Positions 1 through 8,546 of a DNA stretch of 64,000 nucleotides are shown here, in pieces. Both the position numbers and the translations under genes were made by a program. The stretch comes from Deltaproteobacteria bacterium RIFCSPHIGHO2_02_FULL_44_16 (lineage in GTDB: Bacteria > UBA10199 > 2-02-FULL-44-16): the NCBI GenBank assembly GCA_001798185.1, contig MGRM01000009.1:85745-149744 (forward strand), in the 5' to 3' direction. Positions within the stretch are counted from its first letter, which is position 1, and every line of letters starts with the position of its first letter. Under the pieces are notes generated by a model, which was not told where the DNA came from, made no database searches, and worked only from the letters and a program-made list of their open reading frames with translations.

Positions 1-806
1 CGATCCCCTTCTTCGATATTCTTGGCGCTCGAGGGGTCACGTACCTCATTATGGTTCTCAATTATCCCGCAAGCCAAGCTGCCTTTGCCTATTATCTGAA
101 ACGACGCTACAGCATTCCGATCTTTCATTGCCTCAGCATGTTTCTTCTTATTGTCGTGGTCGATCTTCTGTGGGTGACGACACTCGGATTTGCAGGAAGC
201 TTTGTGAGCACGGTTCAACTCGGAACGGTCAATCTCCAACCGACCATTCAAATAGCGGCGCTTTGTATTTATGTTGGATTTTTTTTATGGCTTCTTTTTT
301 GGAGAAAAAAATTTCGATTTCCCTTTCTTGAAAAATTTCGAACGCATCCAAGTTTTTCTATTTTCGCTCAAGCAAAATTATCTGACTATCTCTCCATTGC
401 AATCATGCGGATTCCTATTCACTTCACGCTTATTATCTCCATGTATATTGTCGTGCAGACGTTTCAAACGCACATTCCCTTTCTCGAAATTCTTGCAAAA
501 CTTCCTGTAGTCTTTTTCATCGGTACCATTCCGATTACTCCGGGGGGACTTGGGACCACCAATGCCGCGATGGTAGAACTCCTTGCTCCTTCCATGGTCA
601 GTTCTATTTTTGCCGAAGGGAAAGTAACCCCTGCAGAACTTATGTTTACGATTACCATTCTCTGGGTCTTCGCGAATTATGTCCTCAAAATCTTATCGGG
701 CATGTTTTTTTTGAAACGCATTTCGAAAAATCTCTTTAAACCGACACCCGATGTCCCCCTTGAAAAAGCCGAAAAGGCAGCTCCTCATCTGGGAGGAAAC
801 ATTTAA
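1..806 (+). CDS. Integral membrane protein, UPF0104 / lysylphosphatidylglycerol-synthase-TM-like (flippase-like) family; 5' end runs off the window
   Basis: Multiple hydrophobic segments; conserved 'GTIPITPGGLGTTNAAMVELL' motif typical of the PF03706-like family. Reading frame is open upstream of the first ATG (pos 51) to the window start. Confidence 0.45.
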   Translation, partial: IPFFDILGARGVTYLIMVLNYPASQAAFAYYLKRRYSIPIFHCLSMFLLIVVVDLLWVTTLGFAGSFVSTVQLGTVNLQPTIQIAALCIYVGFFLWLLFWRKKFRFPFLEKFRTHPSFSIFAQAKLSDYLSIAIMRIPIHFTLIISMYIVVQTFQTHIPFLEILAKLPVVFFIGTIPITPGGLGTTNAAMVELLAPSMVSSIFAEGKVTPAELMFTITILWVFANYVLKILSGMFFLKRISKNLFKPTPDVPLEKAEKAAPHLGGNI

Positions 807-969
807 CATCCTGCCTGATTTCGTGTATCTTTAGGCTCGTCACGCCGAAGCCCTTCGACAAGCTCTGGGCGGAGGCGGAAAAGTTGGCGTATTCCTTGCA
901 TATTTAATGTTTTTGTAACCCTCCACTGAAACTTTGGAGGGTTCCCCTTTCGGGGAAGCGGAGGCCAAC

Positions 970-1569
970 ATGAAGAAAAAAGAACTCGTCGAGGGGGCAG
1001 AACTCACCGAATATTTCCGCGAAAAAATTCAGCACGCACTGGCCATTACCAATGTCGAAACCAGTGAAATGACAGAATACTATCTCGTCAATCTCCTCCA
1101 TGAATTCCGCCGTGCGGAAACACTTCATGCAAAAGATGGAGAACAGGAGAAACCTCTGGCCATTCTTTTTCTGGAAGCGATGGAAGGAAATCTGGGAACA
1201 AAAACGCGATGCCTCAAAAAGATCGGAGACATCTCACTCTACACCGCTGGTTTTTTTGCTGACAACGTGAAGGAAAGTGTCGTCAATCTCAGTTACTATA
1301 TTTCCATGGGTGGAAGCGCGTATCGCAGCCTTGCTGCCATGTTCGAAAATGAAACAACTTTTGGTGAAATTTATCATGAGCTCGGTGAAAAATTTTCCAG
1401 CTACGTCAACGTACTCACAGAAATTGCGCCGTGGCATAATGCGGAAAATTATCAAAATCTCATTCGTCTCTATGAACGTTGGCTTTTCAAGCGCGACGAG
1501 AACGTCGCGAATCTCTTACGTCGTCAAGGGATTGTCATTGATCCCCTGGCAAAGAGGAACATCCAATGA
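970..1569 (+). CDS. Hypothetical protein (start chosen at MKKKEL with GGAGG ~7 nt upstream; ORF track starts at 934)
   Basis: Long ORF; ATGA overlap with the downstream ORF (1566) suggests an operon. No recognisable domain. Confidence 0.45.
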   Translation: MKKKELVEGAELTEYFREKIQHALAITNVETSEMTEYYLVNLLHEFRRAETLHAKDGEQEKPLAILFLEAMEGNLGTKTRCLKKIGDISLYTAGFFADNVKESVVNLSYYISMGGSAYRSLAAMFENETTFGEIYHELGEKFSSYVNVLTEIAPWHNAENYQNLIRLYERWLFKRDENVANLLRRQGIVIDPLAKRNIQ

Positions 1570-2195
1570 ATTTTTATGAGATGTATTCCCTCTTTCGTCG
1601 TTTCTATCACGTCGCGGAAGCGCCTGAAAAAATTGACTCCTATCTTATAACTTCACTTTCGTTTCCAGCCACATCTCTCTTCCACCACATCGGTCACCGT
1701 TTATCACATCGAGAAACATTATTCGTGCGTGAAGAAGAAAATGCAGTTGAACTTGGTCTTTATATTGCTCCGGAAATCCTTCAACATCTGGAAGATCATC
1801 GAGCATCGCTCGATGACATTGCGTGTGCAACAGAAGGTATCAGTCATTTTCTTTACATCGTTGATCGCGCTTCAAAAAACCAGAGTTGCACGCTTTTAGA
1901 ACTCGAACTTCAAGCAGAGGTCGATAAATTTTTATCTCTTCATCATCTGGCACTGACATCACACCAATCGTGCGATTCACTTTTCCGTCAACTTTTTGAA
2001 AACTTTACCTACGATGACGCTTTAACCACAGAAGAAAAAAACAGATACCAAACCGCACATCATCTTGCCGCGCATTATTGTCATTACCTTCAAGAGCGTT
2101 ACTTTCATCCTTTACGGAAAGCTGAACTTGCTGAAGAAGCCCGCAGATTCTTTCAAAAACGCTTTCCGGAGAAGATGAAATATCTCATTGCATAA
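1566..2195 (+). CDS. Hypothetical protein
   Basis: 209 aa ORF translationally coupled (ATGA) to the upstream gene. No recognisable motifs. Confidence 0.45.
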   Translation: MNFYEMYSLFRRFYHVAEAPEKIDSYLITSLSFPATSLFHHIGHRLSHRETLFVREEENAVELGLYIAPEILQHLEDHRASLDDIACATEGISHFLYIVDRASKNQSCTLLELELQAEVDKFLSLHHLALTSHQSCDSLFRQLFENFTYDDALTTEEKNRYQTAHHLAAHYCHYLQERYFHPLRKAELAEEARRFFQKRFPEKMKYLIA

Positions 2196-2224
2196 CCTTC
2201 TCTTTCCCCTTAGATGCTTTTTCC

Positions 2225-2599
2225 ATGCAATTTTTTCTCTCTCTTATGGCCATCGTTTTTGTAACGTGTGGGACAGATGGCAATACTGGAATTTCTAGCG
2301 ATATCTCTCTCAACATCACACCTGTTATTACTCGTATTTCACCGTCAAGCGCTGTCACCGGAGATGAAGTCACTATTTTTGGTCTCGGATTTTCTGTGGT
2401 TCCACAAAAAAATATTATCTCTGTTGGTAATGCAGCCACTTCAGCGGAAACATACTCATTGGTAAGCCCACCGGCAGAGGGAGAAATAGAATCGATTACA
2501 TTTCGTGTACCTGCTGGAGTCACTGTTGGCGCAAATTCCATTTTTGTCACCGTTGGGGAAAATACGAGTAATGCAAATATGAATATTACGATTAACTAG
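2225..2599 (+). CDS. Small secreted/lipoprotein-like protein with an IPT/TIG-like Ig-fold domain
   Basis: N-terminal hydrophobic signal with Cys (…FVTCG…). 'ITRISPSSAVTGDEVTIFGLGFS…ISVGN' resembles an IPT/TIG domain. Confidence 0.4.
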   Translation: MQFFLSLMAIVFVTCGTDGNTGISSDISLNITPVITRISPSSAVTGDEVTIFGLGFSVVPQKNIISVGNAATSAETYSLVSPPAEGEIESITFRVPAGVTVGANSIFVTVGENTSNANMNITIN

Positions 2600-2617
2600 C
2601 GTCTGTTTTCAAAGAGT

Positions 2618-2650
2618 GTCATCGCGAGCCCGAAGGGCGTGGCGATCTCC
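2618..2650. repeat. Degenerate single-arm member of the GTCAT…ATCTC hairpin repeat family
   Basis: gtcatcgcgagcccgaagggcgtggcgatctcc directly after the stop of the 2225-2599 gene. Same GTCAT-stem-GAA-stem-ATCTC layout as the family at 4933, 5054, 7020, 42236 and 62941. Confidence 0.35.
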
Positions 2651-2750
2651 TGAAAAATACTATCTACAAGAGATTGCTTCGTCACTAACGCTCCTCGCAA
2701 TGACATACAAGGTTTTGAAGAGAGACATTTTCGCCGAATAGGATTTTAAA

Positions 2751-3779
2751 ATGAACGACCAGGAACTGACCTCAAAAGTTAGAGCGCTTCTTCAGAAAAA
2801 AGTTTCTCTGAGCGTTCCCATCGAACGAATCGAAAAACTTTTTGGCGATGCATCAGCGCGCGTTTACACGCGTATCTTTCTGACGAATGGACAAACTTTT
2901 ATTGCAATGCAGATGCCAAAGGGAAACGCTTCGGAAGAGATCACAAATGTAAAGCAGGCACCAGCGCAGCTGCCTTTTCTTAATATTCAGCGCTTTTTGA
3001 AAGAGCGAAAGCTTCCTGTTCCTCAAATTTTTGCGTACAACGCAGAAGACGCCTTGATGCTCCTCGAAGATTTAGGCAATACGGTTCTCGCCCATAAAGT
3101 GACGAATGTTCCTGAGTCGACGCAAGAAGAGTGGTACTTCAAAGCCATCGATCTTCTCTCTCTCTTTCAACAAAAAACAAAAGAACGTGATCACGATTGT
3201 ATCGCCTTCACTCGAAGTTTTGATGCAACACTTCTGAATTGGGAATTTGATCATTTTTTAGAATATGGTCTTGATGCTCGTGGTATTCATCTCACCCAAG
3301 AAGAGCGTGAGCTTTTTGAATCTGAGACACGAAAAATCACGGAAGAAATTCTTCAGTTTCCGACGTGCTTCACCCATCGTGATTTTCAAAGCCGAAACTT
3401 AATGGTTCGGAATAATGAACTGGTGCTCATCGATTTTCAAGATGCCCTTCTAGGGCCCGCAGTTTACGATCTGGTCGCACTTACACGCGATTCGTATATT
3501 TCGTTGTCGAAAAACCTTTTGAAAAAATTAATTGCTTATTACGCACAAAAAACAAAACAACCAGAAGACGCGGTGCGCAAGCACCATCAACTGATGACCG
3601 TGCAGCGAAAACTCAAGGATGCGGGACGATTTGTGTATATCGATCAGGTGAAAAAAAATCCTCATTTTCTCTCTTTTATTCCGACTTCACTTCAATATGT
3701 TCAAAATGCTTTGCAAGAGCTTCCTGAGTATAAAGCGCTTTATGAGTTGCTGGCAGCATGCCTTCCGGAGTGGCGATGA
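2751..3779 (+). CDS. amgK: Aminoglycoside-phosphotransferase-fold kinase, AmgK-like (anomeric MurNAc/GlcNAc kinase)
   Basis: Kinase-fold motifs 'HRDFQSRNLMV…LIDFQDA' (HxDxxxxN…DFQD). ~340 aa. ATGA-coupled to a MurU-like nucleotidyltransferase, as in the known amgK-murU cell-wall recycling pair. Confidence 0.55.
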   Translation: MNDQELTSKVRALLQKKVSLSVPIERIEKLFGDASARVYTRIFLTNGQTFIAMQMPKGNASEEITNVKQAPAQLPFLNIQRFLKERKLPVPQIFAYNAEDALMLLEDLGNTVLAHKVTNVPESTQEEWYFKAIDLLSLFQQKTKERDHDCIAFTRSFDATLLNWEFDHFLEYGLDARGIHLTQEERELFESETRKITEEILQFPTCFTHRDFQSRNLMVRNNELVLIDFQDALLGPAVYDLVALTRDSYISLSKNLLKKLIAYYAQKTKQPEDAVRKHHQLMTVQRKLKDAGRFVYIDQVKKNPHFLSFIPTSLQYVQNALQELPEYKALYELLAACLPEWR

Positions 3780-4483
3780 CCATTCAACGCGCAATGCTTC
3801 TTGCAGCGGGGTTTGGAAAACGTCTTCAGCCCCTCACGAACAACGTGCCAAAACCACTTATACCGCTGGATGGAAAACGACTCATCGATTTTGCGCTCGA
3901 ATATCTCGCAAAAGGAGGCGTAAAAGAAGTGATGATCAATTTACATCACCTTGGGGATCACATTGAGACGTATGTTGGCGATGGATATCGGTATCGATTG
4001 CGGATTTCTTATTCCCATGAAAAAGTAATTTTGGGAACTGGCGGTGGCATTAAAAGGGCTGCACCCTTTTTTAACCACGAACCGTTTATTTGTTTAAATG
4101 CAGACACACTTATCAATTATGATCTTAAAAAACTGCTCGCACATCATATGACACAAAAAGCTGATGCGACAATGGTGATTCGCCCGCTTCAACCGCACGA
4201 TCCCTTTCAAGCCGTCACTCTCAATGAACAAGGAACAGTGACAGGTTTTCAAAGCAAAGGAGATTATTTCTACACCGGTCTTCAAGTGATTGGACCGAAG
4301 CTCGTCGAGCTCCTTCCAGCAGCAGGACAACCTTCATGCCTTATCAATGACGGGTACATTCCTCTTCTCAGATCAAACGGAAAAGTCGCCTCCTGTATTC
4401 ACACCGGTTATTGGAATGATCTTGGAACCCTCGAACGATACGAACAAGCCAAAAAAGATTTTGCTCAGAAAAAAATTAAGTAG
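3776..4483 (+). CDS. murU: Sugar-1-phosphate nucleotidyltransferase, MurU-like (N-acetylmuramate alpha-1-phosphate uridylyltransferase)
   Basis: N-terminal 'LLAAGFGKRLQPLTNNVPKPLIPL' nucleotidyltransferase G-x-G-x-R-L motif. ~235 aa. Overlaps the amgK-like stop. Confidence 0.55.
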   Translation: MTIQRAMLLAAGFGKRLQPLTNNVPKPLIPLDGKRLIDFALEYLAKGGVKEVMINLHHLGDHIETYVGDGYRYRLRISYSHEKVILGTGGGIKRAAPFFNHEPFICLNADTLINYDLKKLLAHHMTQKADATMVIRPLQPHDPFQAVTLNEQGTVTGFQSKGDYFYTGLQVIGPKLVELLPAAGQPSCLINDGYIPLLRSNGKVASCIHTGYWNDLGTLERYEQAKKDFAQKKIK

Positions 4484-4709
4484 AACCAGCTTCAAACCAA
4501 CGAAAGACAAGTCTCCCCTCTTTATCGTGAAAGAGACCGATGAGGATTAACACCAAATCAACAATCCACCAAATACCTAAACCGCCAACCGTCAAAAACA
4601 TGAGCACTGCTGTTCCCACTTTTCCGACATAAAAGCGATGAGCTCCAAAAATTCCTAAAAACCAGCAAAGTAACAGTGTAACAAGACGTGAACGTGGTGA
4701 GTGATCCAT
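4476..4709 (-). CDS. TM2 domain-containing small membrane protein
   Basis: 'LGIFGAHRFYVGKVGTAVLMF…GGLGIWWIVDLVLILIG' is the characteristic TM2 domain signature; two TM helices. Confidence 0.6.
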   Translation of the reverse strand: MDHSPRSRLVTLLLCWFLGIFGAHRFYVGKVGTAVLMFLTVGGLGIWWIVDLVLILIGLFHDKEGRLVFRWFEAGST

Positions 4710-4932
4710 ATATCCTCCTTAAAGAAAATATCGAAAGACTTCGTTTGAGAGTTCAATGCTGCTAACGATAACTCAACAGTTGTCTTCTCATCAAGAAAAA
4801 GTTGTACTTTTTGAAGCTTTGACAGATTGGAACTGAAGAACGTAATCGTCAAAAGAGGCAACTTTTTTACAGGAGAGGCGATCATGCATAAGTAGTCATT
4901 ACTATACCGAATGAGTTTTTTGCTCGCACGGT

Positions 4933-5003
4933 GTCATTCCTGCGAAAGCAGGAATCCAGCCATTTATAAGCTTTTCTGGATCCCCGCCTACGCGAGGATG
5001 ACA
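4933..5003. repeat. Hairpin-pair palindromic repeat element (family 1), copy A
   Basis: gtcattcctgcgaaagcaggaatc…ggatccccgcctacgcgaggatgaca. The left arm forms an 8 bp stem with a GAAA loop; the right arm is degenerate. Confidence 0.6.
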
Positions 5004-5028
5004 TACTAAAAAAAATAAAAATATGACT

Positions 5029-5180
5029 AGGGCGTGTCCTCATTTGGTAGAATGTCATTCCCGCGAAAGCGGGAATCTCCAGTGTTTGAAGGAGATCCCC
5101 GCTTAAAGCATGCGGGGATGACAAATCATCGAGATTCCTTTTTGTTTCAAATAGTTACGCCTCAAATGAGGACACGCCCT
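5029..5180. mobile_element. ~152 bp element bounded by perfect 18 bp terminal inverted repeats (AGGGCGTGTCCTCATTTG … CAAATGAGGACACGCCCT) enclosing a family-1 hairpin-pair repeat
   Basis: Perfect 18 bp inverted repeats at ~5029-5046 and ~5163-5180 flank copy B (5054-5123). MITE-like nested structure. Confidence 0.35.
5054..5123. repeat. Hairpin-pair palindromic repeat element (family 1), copy B
   Basis: gtcattcccgcgaaagcgggaatctcc…gatccccgcttaaagcatgcggggatgaca. Both arms form perfect 8 bp hairpins. Confidence 0.65.
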
Positions 5181-6434
5181 AAACCTTCTCCGACAAATCT
5201 CACACACGCTTTTGTTCAACTCTTTGGGCTCAACGACTATGACACGAATGGTCGTTATGAACAAACATTCGCTCGAGCCGTGCAAGAAACGGGAGAAGTT
5301 CCATCTGCACTTTATCGTGATCTGGATGTCATCGATGGTAAGGAAGGAAATGGTTTTACCGAAAATGACGTTAAAACTTTTATGCAAAAATTCGGATTAG
5401 ATGCTCTTCAAAAAAAATATTATCCTTTTTACTCATTTCAATATCGAGAGCGATGTCAATGTATCCACATAACAGCTTTTGAGAACACTTTAGAGGGAAA
5501 TGTCCCCTTCGACGATAAGCACGTAGCAAAGACACTTCGCCGAATCGGGCTAGAGCAGAACGAGCTCAAGTCTCTGAATGTCCTTATTCCGGCCGTCTCA
5601 TATCAACCAGATAAACCACAACTGATTGCTATCGAGGATGTACATGGCAACCCCAAACACGGCGCTCTCATTTATAATCTCGCTTCACGTTTTGCTGAAA
5701 AACGGCGCCAGTTAGTTATACTCTTTGAAGAAGCAAGAGGACCCATTCGTTATGATGTCCGAGAGGCTCGCAAAGATTGGGACATCATCCAATATATTAT
5801 TTTAAATACATGGTACAAGGATCCGAATAGAGTTCCAAATGGCGAGACAACTGAAGGGCGAGCTATTCGGATTGCTATTAGAGCTCGCATGCAAGCTCGT
5901 GACATAAGTCAAACGACGATTAAATCGCTCACCGTTGAACAATTAAAAGATTTTTTTATTGCACATCCCGAATTCAAGACAATGATTCTCGCAATCTCAC
6001 CTAGTCTTGTTTTGTTCTGCGACTATGGCAATCAACTGCTCATCGCAAATAGCGAATCGGAAATACCTCTCAATTTCAAAGTTCCTTCAGAGAAAGGAGA
6101 CCATCGCACACCCGACATGCCTGAAATGAATACTCTGCTCCAGGCTAAAGACGCCACCTTTCGTGACCCTGCAGTTAAACAGAACCCCGTACTTGCGAGC
6201 AAACTCGTGCTGAGGGATCCCCTACTCACCCTCGTAAAAGAGGTAGACAGAGCATCTCAGGAAAGAACTAGAAGATGGGCCACCAATGTTCTAAGTTTAG
6301 CTCAAGACGAAGCTTCCTGTGGAAAGAGCAGTGAATGCATTGTTATCCTTTTCGGAGGAGCGAGTCACTTTCCTCTCCTGAAGGACGAATTAGACGGAAA
6401 AATCTCACTTATGTTTTTGCGACCTGCGAACTAA
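5166..6434 (+). CDS. Hypothetical protein. Start uncertain: the ORF track start at 5034 lies inside the repeat elements.
   Basis: Long ORF with no recognisable catalytic motifs. Its N-terminal ~44 codons in the track are translated repeat sequence. Convergent 4 bp overlap with the hemW-like gene. Confidence 0.35.
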   Translation: MRTRPKPSPTNLTHAFVQLFGLNDYDTNGRYEQTFARAVQETGEVPSALYRDLDVIDGKEGNGFTENDVKTFMQKFGLDALQKKYYPFYSFQYRERCQCIHITAFENTLEGNVPFDDKHVAKTLRRIGLEQNELKSLNVLIPAVSYQPDKPQLIAIEDVHGNPKHGALIYNLASRFAEKRRQLVILFEEARGPIRYDVREARKDWDIIQYIILNTWYKDPNRVPNGETTEGRAIRIAIRARMQARDISQTTIKSLTVEQLKDFFIAHPEFKTMILAISPSLVLFCDYGNQLLIANSESEIPLNFKVPSEKGDHRTPDMPEMNTLLQAKDATFRDPAVKQNPVLASKLVLRDPLLTLVKEVDRASQERTRRWATNVLSLAQDEASCGKSSECIVILFGGASHFPLLKDELDGKISLMFLRPAN

Positions 6435-7753
6435 AGAAAATGTCGAAAGACTTCGTTCGAGAGTTCAATGCCTAAAAAAGTTAACGTAAAAGAATTCTCA
6501 TGTCGAAGAAGAAGTTTTTGTTGTTCAAGTTTTTTTGTCAGTCCCGGATAAACAGATTCGAGTGATACACCAAATCGTTTCTCAAACTCAGATAGTGAAA
6601 TTCCCTCTCGCGTTCGTAGTCCCAAAAAACAAAACTCAGCCATTGCAGTTTTGTGATCAATGACATCGACATCTTTTGGTTCAAAGTCTCCTTCAAGATA
6701 ACGGTGGACGTTACGAGTGGTTGTAAATCGCTCCGCGATGCGCCTGTCTGCTTGACCTTTGTGCGCGCGGTCCAGTTGGTCCGTGCTGACAAAGGTCTGC
6801 ACAGCGGCGCATGGAGATGAAAGAAACGATACAGCACCGCTTCCAAGTCCAAGATATTCTCCATAGCGCCAATAATTCAGATTGTGTCGCGATTCAAAAC
6901 TTGGACGCGCAAAATTCGAGATCTCATATCGATGCAATCCTGCTTTGTCTAAAAGTTGATGAACGAGACGAAATTGCTCAAGAGATGTTTCATCATCAAG
7001 TTTTGGTGGAAACATCTTTGTCATTCCCGCGGAAGCGGGAATCTCTTGACTGTCATGAGATCCCTGCCTTCGCAGGGATGACAAGTCTCTATATCTTTTC
7101 TCCAGCAGCGTTCCTGGTTCGAATGTCAATTGATACGCAGAAATATGATCCGGCTCAAACGAAAGCGCTCGTCTGATATCATCTTCCACTTCTTTCGTTG
7201 TTTGTCCTGGAATGGAGTAGATCAGATCGCAACTGAGATTTTGAAAACCGGCTTCTCTCGCATCGATAAGCACATGCTGAACATCATCAGCTGTGTGATC
7301 GCGATCGAGAAAGGTGAGATATTTTGGATTGAAAGATTGAATACCAATCGATAATCGATTCACTCCCGCTTTTTGCACAGACTTTAACCAATCGATGGCG
7401 CTGGTCCGCTGCGAAGTTTCGTCAGCACGGACCGACTGGACCGCGCCACCCATTGGATTCATCTCTGATGTAATTTCAATATCAGCCGAAAACGAAAATA
7501 TTTTGTGCAGTTCATTCAAAACATTTTCAAAAAATGAAGAATCCATGAGCGATGGTGTTCCACCACCAAAAAAGACTGCGTCTACTTTTCTTCCTTGAAG
7601 CGAATACAACGGAACCAAAGAGTGCAACTGCTTTATAACCGCTTGGGTATAGGCATGATGCGGAATCTCATCGCGTTTCGTCGGCAGCGAATGAAAATCA
7701 CAGTATCCGCACTTCACAATGCAATAAGGGATATGGATGTAGATGGTGAACAC
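6431..7753 (-). CDS. hemW: Radical SAM protein, HemW/HemN-like (heme chaperone / oxygen-independent coproporphyrinogen III oxidase-like)
   Basis: N-terminal 'YIHIPYCIVKCGYCDF' CxxxCxxC radical-SAM motif and HemN-like C-terminal region. Contains an in-frame family-1 repeat (translated …EIPASAGMT…). Confidence 0.7.
   Translation of the reverse strand: MFTIYIHIPYCIVKCGYCDFHSLPTKRDEIPHHAYTQAVIKQLHSLVPLYSLQGRKVDAVFFGGGTPSLMDSSFFENVLNELHKIFSFSADIEITSEMNPMGGAVQSVRADETSQRTSAIDWLKSVQKAGVNRLSIGIQSFNPKYLTFLDRDHTADDVQHVLIDAREAGFQNLSCDLIYSIPGQTTKEVEDDIRRALSFEPDHISAYQLTFEPGTLLEKRYRDLSSLRRQGSHDSQEIPASAGMTKMFPPKLDDETSLEQFRLVHQLLDKAGLHRYEISNFARPSFESRHNLNYWRYGEYLGLGSGAVSFLSSPCAAVQTFVSTDQLDRAHKGQADRRIAERFTTTRNVHRYLEGDFEPKDVDVIDHKTAMAEFCFLGLRTREGISLSEFEKRFGVSLESVYPGLTKKLEQQKLLLRHENSFTLTFLGIELSNEVFRHFL
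7020..7083. repeat. Hairpin-pair palindromic repeat element (family 1), copy C, embedded in frame inside the hemW-like coding sequence
   Basis: gtcattcccgcggaagcgggaatctcttgactgtcatgagatccctgccttcgcagggatgaca lies within the continuous 440 aa ORF. Confidence 0.6.
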
Positions 7754-7807
7754 CGACGACCAATAAGTGTCGGATACTTTCTGGTCAATAACCTAATTCA
7801 TGTCAGA

Positions 7808-7828
7808 AACTGTCGAAATATGACAGTT
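7808..7828. promoter_or_regulatory. Inverted repeat AACTGTC-N7-GACAGTT, candidate AbiEi operator (site 1)
   Basis: aactgtcgaaatatgacagtt in the promoter region upstream of abiEi. A second copy lies ~71 bp downstream. Confidence 0.4.
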
Positions 7829-7878
7829 TTTAACATATATCTTGATTGTTTCAATAAAATTCTGTAATTTATGCTAAC

Positions 7879-7899
7879 AACTGTCAAAAAATGACAGTT
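7879..7899. promoter_or_regulatory. Inverted repeat AACTGTC-N7-GACAGTT, candidate AbiEi operator (site 2)
   Basis: aactgtcaaaaaatgacagtt immediately upstream of the abiEi start (7911). AbiEi antitoxins are known to autoregulate through paired inverted repeats. Confidence 0.4.
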
Positions 7900-7910
7900 T
7901 CAAACTTATT

Positions 7911-8546
7911 ATGAATCAACTTCTCGCAAAAATTAAAGAGAAGATTCCTTCTGAATGCTTCACGGACACCGAACTTGCCACCATTCTGGAGGGATCTAAG
8001 CATCGCCGCTATGGCCTCGTGAAGCGAGCCATCGCTCACGGCGATCTCATTTCGCTGCGCCGTGGACTCTATTGTCTCGGCTCCCTGCATCAACAATCTT
8101 CCCTTGATTCCCTCGCATTAAGCCAACGTCTGTATGGTCCTTCCTACATCAGTTTTGAACTTGCTCTCTCCCACCATGGATGGATTCCTGAAGGGGTGCA
8201 CGTTGTCACCGCTGCTTGTCTTAAACGCTCGCAACAATTTAAAACACCCCTTGGAACTTTTTCCTACCGACATGTAAGCTCAAAACCTTTTTTCGCAGGA
8301 GTCCGCACGATTCCCCTTGAAAAGGGAACGATCTTTATGGCCACTCCCTGGAAAGCACTCGCTGATTATATTTTTTTCTTTCACAAGAAATGGAAAGGGC
8401 TCACACCCCTTCTTCATTCACTCCGAATCGACGAAGATATTTTTCAACAGATGAACATGGAAGAATTCACTGAAGCAGAACAAGCTTATAAAAATCATCG
8501 CGTCATATCATTTTTTGCACATCTTCGAAAGGATCTCTTGCTATGA
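7911..8546 (+). CDS. abiEi: AbiEi-family antitoxin / transcriptional regulator (type IV TA / abortive infection)
   Basis: N-terminal AbiEi_4-like wHTH with '…HGDLISLRRGLYCLGS…'. ATGA overlap with the downstream AbiEii gene. Confidence 0.65.
   Translation: MNQLLAKIKEKIPSECFTDTELATILEGSKHRRYGLVKRAIAHGDLISLRRGLYCLGSLHQQSSLDSLALSQRLYGPSYISFELALSHHGWIPEGVHVVTAACLKRSQQFKTPLGTFSYRHVSSKPFFAGVRTIPLEKGTIFMATPWKALADYIFFFHKKWKGLTPLLHSLRIDEDIFQQMNMEEFTEAEQAYKNHRVISFFAHLRKDLLL

Noticed and set aside
4882-5124. 80 aa minus-strand ORF and the 42193-42582 ORF containing 'EIPAFAGMT'
   Set aside because: Both are read-through translations of the family-1 hairpin-pair repeats, not conserved proteins.
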